From: a virus
Taxonomy: Duplodnaviria; Heunggongvirae; Uroviricota; Caudoviricetes
Reading direction: 5' to 3' (one strand)
IMG/VR virus record: IMGVR_UViG_2541047790_000010
Length of the DNA: 5,162 nt
Of the stretch, positions 1 to 5,162 are shown piece after piece; within the stretch, counting starts at the first letter, position 1, and each line of letters opens with the position of its first letter. Below the pieces are notes generated by a model, which was given only the letters and a program-made list of their open reading frames with translations, had not been told where the DNA came from and searched no databases. A program made the translations under genes and the position numbers.

Positions 1-1413
1 AGGACTGGCCGGCAAACCGGGTACGCGATCTGTTGCCCTGGAAAGTTGATCTGAGCTCTCAGTAAATATCAATACGGTTCTGACGAGTCGCTTACTTCTG
101 TCCGGTTTACACAGCGAGATATATTCCATCAGGAATGCTCTGGCCATGCCGTTAATGTTGATGTAAGAAAGCCCGTTAACCAGCAGAACGCGGCGCAGTT
201 CTTCCCCGCTACCGCCCAGCATCTCCATCGGCATTGCCCATTTACGGCTGTTTCCGTTGGTATCTTCCCATTCCAGCAAACGCCCGTAATTACTTCCATC
301 AGCATCACTGGTGATTGCCGTCACCCGCAACGGACTGCAAATTTTGATATTACGTATCTCTGTATCACCATCAGACTTATTAACCAGCTTGTCGTACCAC
401 AAATATTCTTTTGTCAGCCGGAACCCTTCTGGTAAACGGGTCTGCCCTTTGCCATGCAGCGTCATTTCTTCACGAAAGGCATCTCTCGCCCGTTCTTTCC
501 CCACTTCCTGCCGATAATCATCCCAGTCAGCCTTATGGCGTACCGGAGGGAGCGTTACCCAGCCATCCACCGCTTTGGCGGCTTTCTCTGCCTGAATACG
601 CCCGGTGTTTTCTTTGCCGTCAGCCAGATCATTATCTCCGGCCAGAATGATCCGGGTTTCCGGCCAGCGTTTTCGGATCTGCTCCGTCACCTTCAGTAAA
701 TTGGTGGCAGCGACAGCCGCCACGATCCATCCTTCAGTCAGCAGACTGACGGTAAGCGCCGTGGCAAAACCCTCAGTGATAATCACCTGTTCAGGTGTTT
801 CAGCGGGTATATCGGTCAGGGCAATGAATGCGCCAGACAGCTGGCTACCGGGCAGCAGACTTTTATCCCCGTCAGGATTGATAAGCTGGCCACCAGTAAT
901 ATTCCCGGAAATATCCGTCAAAGGCAGCAGTAATGAACCGGTGGAAAATGTTATTCCGGCCAGATTCAAAGGCTGTGACAGCAAGGGAAGTGAATACCCG
1001 TGTAAGCTCTTATTTGTCAGATAGACCGGCTCACCATTGCAGGACTGCTGTCTGAGTCTGGTATATCGCTCCGCGCCCGCTTCTTTTCCTGCGGCCTTTT
1101 TCCTGGCTGGCAATGCGGGCTTCTCCTGTATTTCTGGTAATGCAAGCGCCTCAGATACCATCCCGGCGACTTCTTTTATCTTTCTTCCTGTCACCAGACG
1201 AACCAGATCAAGACCATCGCCATGACCGCACTGATTACAAAACCACGTCCCTCGCCCCGCTTTATCGTCCAGTCGAAAACGATCTTTTCCACCACAGGCA
1301 GGGCAAGCCCCATGATGTCCTGCGGACGGTACTTTAATACCTAATGCTGACAGGATATAAGGCCAGCGCCCAATTGCAGCTCCGGAAATCGTGGATACAG
1401 ACGGTGTTTTCAC
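1..1413 (-). CDS. P4 alpha-type DNA primase, N-terminal 471 codons (zinc-ribbon + Toprim + DUF927-like region); 3' end truncated by window edge
   Basis: Open frame with no stop from 1413 down to position 1. GTG start at 1411-1413 overlaps the upstream TGA (GTGA), with AGGAGG (revcomp of 1421-1426) 7 nt upstream. Translation has a four-Cys zinc ribbon (HHGACPACGGKDRF...WFCNQCGHGDG), a Toprim-like glutamate (IITEGFATAL) and DxD (ILAGDNDLADG), then a segment (LEWEDTNGNSRKWAMPMEMLGGSGEEL) resembling the region after Toprim in phage/satellite primases. No ATG-initiated minus ORF was in the ORF track because the stop lies outside the window. Confidence 0.85.
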   Translation of the reverse strand, partial: MKTPSVSTISGAAIGRWPYILSALGIKVPSAGHHGACPACGGKDRFRLDDKAGRGTWFCNQCGHGDGLDLVRLVTGRKIKEVAGMVSEALALPEIQEKPALPARKKAAGKEAGAERYTRLRQQSCNGEPVYLTNKSLHGYSLPLLSQPLNLAGITFSTGSLLLPLTDISGNITGGQLINPDGDKSLLPGSQLSGAFIALTDIPAETPEQVIITEGFATALTVSLLTEGWIVAAVAATNLLKVTEQIRKRWPETRIILAGDNDLADGKENTGRIQAEKAAKAVDGWVTLPPVRHKADWDDYRQEVGKERARDAFREEMTLHGKGQTRLPEGFRLTKEYLWYDKLVNKSDGDTEIRNIKICSPLRVTAITSDADGSNYGRLLEWEDTNGNSRKWAMPMEMLGGSGEELRRVLLVNGLSYININGMARAFLMEYISLCKPDRSKRLVRTVLIFTESSDQLSRATDRVPGLPASP

Positions 1414-1820
1414 AGCAGCACCTCCTGACCTTCCGGCTTCACAAATTCAAAACCTTCGGGTAGTTCGCCATCAGGTGCTCCGAAAATAATATCCCGGTAA
1501 ACCTCACGCATCTCTGTGACACCAAAAACTGACAGGCGAATATTTTCTGACATAAAGCCTGGTTTAAGCATTTTTTCCAGTTTCTCTGCGGCCAGTATGC
1601 AACCAGCATCAGCCCCAAACTCATTCACCCACGGCATTTCAATATGGTAAATAATATTACTCACCACTTTTTCGTGGGAGAGTTCTATTCGTTCGCCATC
1701 TTCAATATAAACAGGTTCATTATGAACACGCACCATTAAGGAAATGAATGCATCAGCAATGTAGTAGCGTAAGACTGCTGTTCGTAAAGCATGCGCCTTT
1801 AAATTTTGATTATTATTCAT
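1410..1820 (-). CDS. Hypothetical protein (136 aa), operon member immediately upstream of primase
   Basis: ATG at 1818-1820 with AGGGAG about 9 nt upstream. Start overlaps the stop of the upstream 78-aa gene by 8 nt, and the stop overlaps the primase GTG start. No family recognised from sequence. Confidence 0.6.
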   Translation of the reverse strand: MNNNQNLKAHALRTAVLRYYIADAFISLMVRVHNEPVYIEDGERIELSHEKVVSNIIYHIEMPWVNEFGADAGCILAAEKLEKMLKPGFMSENIRLSVFGVTEMREVYRDIIFGAPDGELPEGFEFVKPEGQEVLL

Positions 1821-2049
1821 CGCGCATCACTCCCTTAATTGTGCTGGTTTCCTTAACAACGCCATCCAGTTGTTCGGCAATACAGGCCACTAAAGCCGCA
1901 GCGCCTTCCGCTGAAACAGTTCTCGCTCCATTCACTGTGGGCACGGACAAGACCTCTGCAAGAAACTCACTGGCCAGTGCCGCCCGTAACAGACGACTCT
2001 CCCCCTGTTCACTCAATATGCAGCCTTGCTTAAAATTCATGGATTTCAT
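1813..2049 (-). CDS. Hypothetical small protein (78 aa)
   Basis: ATG at 2047-2049 overlaps the stop of the upstream 67-aa gene (ATGA). GGAGGTG 6-7 nt upstream (revcomp of 2056-2062). Alternative in-frame ATG at 2040. No family recognised. Confidence 0.55.
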   Translation of the reverse strand: MKSMNFKQGCILSEQGESRLLRAALASEFLAEVLSVPTVNGARTVSAEGAAALVACIAEQLDGVVKETSTIKGVMRDE

Positions 2050-2249
2050 GCAACCACCTCCCCGGCTCTTTTCACAGGGATACGGGCAGCAAAGCTCAGG
2101 ATAAATTCAGTGGCAAGTTTAAGGCGTGCAGCATGCTCGCATTCTGCGATTACACGCACAGGGCGTGGACGGGCATCACGGTCTGTACGGCGGACAGCCA
2201 GAAAGACAAAGGTAAATTCAGGGTGAGATAAAGCAGGGACTGTAGCCAT
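2046..2249 (-). CDS. Small protein (67 aa), first gene after the immunity leader; candidate Icd-like (P1 immI-type) protein
   Basis: Internal in-frame ATG (2247-2249) of the 196-aa ORF 2046..2636, chosen because GGAGG (revcomp of 2258-2262) sits 8 nt upstream and the upstream part of the long ORF runs through terminator and RNA-structure sequence. Icd-like assignment is by position downstream of a C4-type RNA locus and by memory of how such islands are annotated, not by alignment. Confidence 0.5.
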   Translation of the reverse strand: MATVPALSHPEFTFVFLAVRRTDRDARPRPVRVIAECEHAARLKLATEFILSFAARIPVKRAGEVVA

Positions 2250-2257
2250 AATGGCAA

Positions 2258-2302
2258 CCTCCTTCAGATAGCGGGTAACGCTACCACCGGAGTTCCTACG
2301 CT
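2258..2302 (-). promoter_or_regulatory. Candidate antisense-RNA target site 2 (bipartite blocks) overlapping the Shine-Dalgarno of the 67-aa gene
   Basis: Minus-strand sense contains GCGTAGGAAC (plus 2292-2301) and TATCTGAAGG (plus 2261-2270). The second block runs into the SD (TATCTGAAGGAGG). Both 10-mers recur identically at 2501-2526. Confidence 0.45.
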
Positions 2303-2309
2303 CATGGGT

Positions 2310-2385
2310 GGTAGCCCAGACGGGGGTAGGAATACCGGCTCTGAAGGATACCGGCCAGCCCGAAAGCTGCCCCGCCTGGACTACC
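2310..2385 (-). ncRNA. Candidate C4/CI-type antisense immunity RNA (about 76 nt, structured)
   Basis: Minus-strand RNA 5'-GGUAGUCCAGGCGGGG...CCCCCGUCUGGGCUACC-3' forms a 16-bp closing stem (14 Watson-Crick + 2 G-U) between plus 2370-2385 and 2310-2326. Inside are a CAGC/GCUG hairpin (2356-2369) and a CCGG/CCGG hairpin (2335-2354) whose 12-nt loop carries UCCUUCAGA, followed by single-stranded UUCCUAC. These two segments are complementary to the two blocks of both target sites. Confidence 0.45.
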
Positions 2386-2469
2386 ATAATTCTGATGATG
2401 TGGCGTAAAAAATAAAAAAATACAATCAGCCACCACACCATAAATTTTAGGTGAGTCAAAGCTGCGACA

Positions 2470-2493
2470 CAAAAAAACACGCCTAGCGCGTGT
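2470..2493 (-). terminator. Intrinsic terminator-like hairpin with U7 tail inside the leader
   Basis: Minus-strand ACACGC-GCUAG-GCGUGU (6-bp stem, 5-nt loop; plus 2477-2493) followed directly by a run of 7 U (plus A-run 2471-2477, sharing one base with the stem). Lies 8 nt downstream of target site 1. Confidence 0.5.
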
Positions 2494-2500
2494 AGTATCG

Positions 2501-2526
2501 CCTTCAGATAACACGGGTTCCTACGC
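2501..2526 (-). promoter_or_regulatory. Candidate antisense-RNA target site 1 (upstream copy of the bipartite motif)
   Basis: Minus-strand sense GCGTAGGAAC (plus 2517-2526) and TATCTGAAGG (plus 2501-2510) separated by 6 nt. Same two 10-mers as site 2, where the spacing is 21 nt. Confidence 0.4.
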
Positions 2527-2555
2527 CCGGCTGCCGATTTTGCGGCAACCTTTAA

Positions 2556-2585
2556 ACTATATCCCGCGCATTCCTGGTGAGGCAA
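2556..2585 (-). promoter_or_regulatory. Candidate sigma70 promoter for the leader/immunity transcript
   Basis: Minus strand TTGCCT (plus 2580-2585), 18-nt spacer, TATAGT (plus 2556-2561). A second, weaker candidate (TTGTGT-17-TAAAAT, -10 at plus 2444-2449) lies between the leader terminator and the structured RNA. Sequence resemblance only. Confidence 0.3.
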
Positions 2586-2688
2586 GAAATTTATAACCGA
2601 AAACTGATCATTGCCTGGATTAATTAACGCTGGCATGCTTAAGCCTCTGCTTAAAAATAGTTCTTCATTTTTCCTGATGCTGTAAACG

Positions 2689-2710
2689 AGACCCGCCTCT
2701 GAGCGGGTCT
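2689..2710 (-). terminator. Stable hairpin 14 nt after the capsid-gene stop; possible terminator or RNA-stability element
   Basis: GACCCGC-CUCUGA-GCGGGUC (7 G/C-rich bp plus a flanking A-T pair; plus 2690-2709). The U-tract is poor in both orientations (plus: TTTCT; minus: CGTTTACA), so termination efficiency is uncertain. Confidence 0.35.
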
Positions 2711-2723
2711 TTCTGTCGCTAAG

Positions 2724-3728
2724 TCAATCCGCAAACGTCAGGGTGCACTCATCAACAGCCGCGTACAGTTCAGGTTCACCGAGTGCATAACCTTCATTGC
2801 GCAGGTAGGAATGCACGTATTCACTGCTTTCATCATCAAACTCAGCACGAAACCAGCGTGTTATCGCCTGAGTGTAAATATGCAGATTATCCAGCGTCGT
2901 TACTGCCAGACGCTTACCCGGCATAAACGGGGGAATAAACGCAAAGCGGCCAGCAACAGAACTTGTAGCCATCTGTGCCGCATTCACATCAGACGGGCGG
3001 TCTGCGGCATTAAATAACTTCAGGCGTTGATGTGCTGCCAGCTCTGCCCCAACCAGTACAACCAGACGAGGATCTTCACGAAACTGCTCAGCAATAAGCT
3101 CTGTAATCAGATGGTTGGCCAGAGCATCAATATTTTTCCAGGTGCCAGTCTCTCCCAGAGTGACAGGCTCAGAGATGATTTGCTTTCCGTTCCCGTAGGC
3201 TTTCGCCAGTGCATGCCAGCCAATATTGACATCCTCGCCTTTTTTATTGATTTCCGGGTTTGTAGTATTTGCAATCGACACACCGTTGAAACCGACCCGC
3301 AGCATGTCCAGCGCATATGCCTGGGCAAAAAAGCTCTCAACCGTTTTCTCAAACTCATCCGGCACGCCGGTATGGTAAATATGAGACATATCGGAATAGC
3401 TGATCCGGGCGCAGGTATCCGTCTCTGTCAGAAAGAACTCCGTACCATTGATTGCCATTTTTTTGTGGAAACGGCCACCATCCACACGTCCGGTATACAG
3501 TTCACTGGCACCAATATTGACGGCATTACCTGACACGGCGTTAACATCACGTAGGGTAATATTTTTAATAAGCCACCCGGATTCCAGAATTGAGGTACGC
3601 AGTATATTTTCAGTAGGTTCGCTTAATGCAAAGCGTCTGTTTGATTCTTCCTGATAGTTAGTGCCAGTGACGAATTTATTATGATAACGACGTGCTGCGT
3701 CCGGCCTTTCAGTTTTGAAGGCATACAT
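2724..3728 (-). CDS. Major capsid protein homologue, P2 gpN family (334 aa)
   Basis: ATG at 3726-3728 with AAGGTGA about 8 nt upstream. Translation matches my recollection of P2 gpN in several blocks: FALSEPTENIL...ESGWL, LRVGFNGV, NIGW, IDALANHLITELIAEQFREDPRLVVLVGAELAAHQ, and TLDNLHIY near the C-terminus. Similarity is judged from memory of gpN, not computed. Confidence 0.8.
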   Translation of the reverse strand: MYAFKTERPDAARRYHNKFVTGTNYQEESNRRFALSEPTENILRTSILESGWLIKNITLRDVNAVSGNAVNIGASELYTGRVDGGRFHKKMAINGTEFFLTETDTCARISYSDMSHIYHTGVPDEFEKTVESFFAQAYALDMLRVGFNGVSIANTTNPEINKKGEDVNIGWHALAKAYGNGKQIISEPVTLGETGTWKNIDALANHLITELIAEQFREDPRLVVLVGAELAAHQRLKLFNAADRPSDVNAAQMATSSVAGRFAFIPPFMPGKRLAVTTLDNLHIYTQAITRWFRAEFDDESSEYVHSYLRNEGYALGEPELYAAVDECTLTFAD

Positions 3729-3750
3729 AGTTTTTCACCTTTTTAAGTAT

Positions 3751-4611
3751 TTAAGAAAAGATTTTATTTTTGTACTCAGTAACCAGATTGTATTTCATTA
3801 CATGCTCAACATAATCCCGGTCACTTACGACTGAACGTAATACATAATTATCTGCTCGATAGTACTCCCTGTAAGCCATAGCTCTTGCCATTCCACCGTT
3901 ATTTAATACATAACGATCAGTTGGAACGCTACAACGACTAATAATTTCACTCACGGAATCAGATAAAGACTTGAGTGCATCAGTAATAAATTTAATATCA
4001 CGGACAACGTCACTGTCATTAAATACAGAAATAAAATCAGCAGGGATCTGGCCGGATTGAGGAAATATATTCAGTAAACGCTTATCGATTCCCTTCCCAA
4101 TGTAGTTTCCTTCATCGGCCAGTACTCCCGGCAAAAGCTTGATCGTGCTCAATCGACTATGTTGTTCATTCAACCGGGAAACAGCCAGATGGTAATACCG
4201 TTCAGCATCCGCTCGTTCAGCATGCCCCATTTTATTCGTTTTGGCTTCAGCAATGCTACTGACGCCGTTTTTTGAGAATGTGCTTTTCCATGCAACTTCC
4301 GCATTTGTCACTTCACGCTGCCGGAAAGATAACTCTTCCTCTTCCTGACGACACAACTGGGCATAACGGCTCAGGAGCAGGTTGATCTCATTCGCCACAG
4401 TTTCCGTATCAGGTACTGTTAACCCCGTAAGTGAATACAGCTTTTCACCTTTAGCTCGCAGCTTATTCAGTGAATATATTTCAATAATACGCACAATACA
4501 GGCCGTGTCGCTATGAGTCTCTTTAAATGATCTTACTTTGTAACTATCTAACACCGACACATGTTCGTTCTTAATTGATGCCAATTTCTTCTTAAAAACA
4601 TTGTCAACCAT
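3751..4611 (-). CDS. Hypothetical protein (286 aa), orphan, A+T-rich; function unknown
   Basis: ATG at 4609-4611 with GAGGTGG 9-10 nt upstream; 17 nt after the alpA stop and 22 nt before the capsid start, so probably co-transcribed. No recognisable catalytic motif, Walker A or transmembrane stretch. Charged, probably helical middle segment (LCRQEEEELSFRQREV...). Visibly A+T-richer than the capsid and primase genes. Confidence 0.7.
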   Translation of the reverse strand: MVDNVFKKKLASIKNEHVSVLDSYKVRSFKETHSDTACIVRIIEIYSLNKLRAKGEKLYSLTGLTVPDTETVANEINLLLSRYAQLCRQEEEELSFRQREVTNAEVAWKSTFSKNGVSSIAEAKTNKMGHAERADAERYYHLAVSRLNEQHSRLSTIKLLPGVLADEGNYIGKGIDKRLLNIFPQSGQIPADFISVFNDSDVVRDIKFITDALKSLSDSVSEIISRCSVPTDRYVLNNGGMARAMAYREYYRADNYVLRSVVSDRDYVEHVMKYNLVTEYKNKIFS

Positions 4612-4628
4612 ATATTTGCCACCTCAAT

Positions 4629-4856
4629 TTAGGAGTTTAATTTTCTATTGAGAATATTCTTCTCTATCCATTCATTAACTTCATGCTCCACCCATGCAAC
4701 AGAACGAGAACCGATAGAAACTTGGTTCGGAAATTCATCATTCTTTATCTTTAGATAAATTGTTGACTTGGGTAAGCCAGTCAAATTAATCACTTCTGAT
4801 ATTCTCAGAAGTCTATATCTTTTTTGGGGTGCGTTTTCCCGAGGCAATAAGCTCAT
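4629..4856 (-). CDS. alpA: AlpA-family (P4 Vis-like) helix-turn-helix transcriptional regulator / excision-control protein (75 aa from ATG)
   Basis: Translation KRYRLLRISEVINLTGLPKSTIYLKIKN...SIGSRSVAWVEHEVNEWIEKN follows the AlpA pattern (RxLRLxxVxxxTGxxxSTIY...GxRSVxWxExEIxEW). The ORF-track start at 4871 is a GTG; the ATG at 4854-4856 has AAGGA 8 nt upstream and is preferred. Confidence 0.85.
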   Translation of the reverse strand: MSLLPRENAPQKRYRLLRISEVINLTGLPKSTIYLKIKNDEFPNQVSIGSRSVAWVEHEVNEWIEKNILNRKLNS

Positions 4857-4987
4857 GGCTATGTCCTTCACATTAGATATTTATACTAAGACTTAATTAG
4901 TCTCTATTGGGTGTATATATACTTGCACAGAAGAATTAATACGTAAAGACTGGCACTTTCAAACTCATTCAAAGAATTTGAATACTA

Positions 4988-5018
4988 AATAATGGTGAAT
5001 AATAGTTAATAATGGTGA
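4988..5018. repeat. Two copies of an 11-bp direct repeat AATAATGGTGA with 20-bp periodicity; candidate operator/iteron
   Basis: Exact copies at 4988-4998 and 5008-5018 in the A+T-rich region upstream of alpA. A small inverted repeat AGACT-N5-AGTCT (4889-4903) lies nearer the alpA start, overlapping a TATAAA -10-like element (minus-strand sense; plus 4880-4885). Confidence 0.5.
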
Positions 5019-5128
5019 GTATTACTGAGTGACAACCTTTGCCAATGCTTGTTAATCTCTGATAATAATGAAATTTGACGAATAATATATGTAACAATTT
5101 GTAAACTAAAGACTGCATTAGGTTTGTT

Positions 5129-5162
5129 GGGGCTGGGCTGGGCTGGGCTGGGCTGGGCTGGG
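5129..5162. repeat. Pentanucleotide tandem repeat (GGGCT)n, at least 6 units, running off the window edge
   Basis: GGGGCTGGGCTGGGCTGGGCTGGGCTGGGCTGG directly visible; an abrupt change from the preceding A+T-rich sequence. Full length unknown because the window ends inside it. Confidence 0.9.

Larger units (their letters stand above)
1..5162 (-). mobile_element. Segment of a P4-like / satellite-type integrative element (partial; both ends lie outside the window)
   Basis: Co-linear minus-strand set typical of P4-like satellites and related islands: AlpA-family regulator, antisense-RNA-type immunity leader, small translationally coupled ORFs, alpha-type zinc-ribbon/Toprim primase. No integrase, att site or tRNA is visible in the window. 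Confidence 0.6.

Noticed and set aside
311-1337. Plus-strand ORFs 311..517, 411..650, 454..699, 605..1024, 1037..1225 and 1113..1337
   Set aside because: All lie antisense to and inside the long uninterrupted minus-strand primase frame, which carries clear zinc-ribbon and Toprim motifs. They overlap one another in different frames, have low-complexity composition and no convincing RBS.
1439-1624. Minus-strand 61-aa ORF nested in the 136-aa gene
   Set aside because: Same strand but a different frame inside a better-supported gene that has an RBS and translational coupling; most likely a frame artefact.
1748-2226. Plus-strand ORFs 1748..2104 and 2026..2226
   Set aside because: Antisense to the tightly coupled small-gene operon; no RBS; no coherent gene organisation on the plus strand.
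2529-2547. Small GCCG-N6-CGGC hairpin between the candidate promoter and target site 1
   Set aside because: Only a 4-bp stem; too weak to call a structural or regulatory element on its own.
2250-2636. N-terminal 129 codons of the 196-aa ORF, and the overlapping minus-strand 70-aa ORF 2302..2514
   Set aside because: Both run through sequence better explained as promoter, terminator hairpin with U-tract, and structured antisense RNA. The translated sequence is odd (runs of F/W/V/I from the U-rich tract). Kept only as a possible regulatory leader ORF in the findings.
2811-3654. ORFs 2811..3017 (+), 3027..3533 (+), 3107..3358 (-) and 3448..3654 (+) inside the capsid gene
   Set aside because: Antisense or out of frame within a gene that shows multi-block similarity to P2 gpN; no independent support.
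5129-5162. Possible CRISPR array or REP/ERIC-type element at the (GGGCT)n tract
   Set aside because: The unit is 5 bp with no spacers, so it is a simple tandem repeat, not a CRISPR array, and it does not have the palindromic structure of REP elements.
1-5162. tRNA gene, integrase or attachment site expected at the edge of an integrative element
   Set aside because: No cloverleaf-compatible sequence or tyrosine-recombinase-like ORF was seen. The closing stem at 2310-2385 is too long for a tRNA acceptor stem and the internal hairpins do not give a cloverleaf. The integration module is presumably outside the window.

Overview
The window reads as one leftward-transcribed (minus-strand) block of a P4-like or satellite-type integrative element; every convincing gene is on the minus strand. 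From high to low coordinates: an A+T-rich upstream region with direct repeats and a (GGGCT)n tract at the window edge; an AlpA-family regulator (4629..4856); an orphan 286-aa protein (3751..4611); a P2-gpN-family major capsid homologue (2724..3728); a ~470-bp non-coding control region (2250..2723); then a translationally coupled operon of three small proteins (67, 78, 136 aa) and a P4-alpha-type primase that runs off the left edge (1..1413). The most interesting part is the control region. It holds a 76-nt structured element with a 16-bp closing stem whose exposed segments are complementary to two copies of a bipartite motif (GCGTAGGAAC / TATCTGAAGG) on the same transcript, one copy overlapping the Shine-Dalgarno of the first small gene. 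That is the architecture of the phage P1 C4 / P4 CI antisense-RNA immunity systems. Also worth a look are the lone capsid homologue with no scaffold, portal or terminase in view, and the A+T-rich orphan protein between alpA and the capsid gene. Product calls rest on my recollection of protein families and on motifs visible in the translations; no database search was run.
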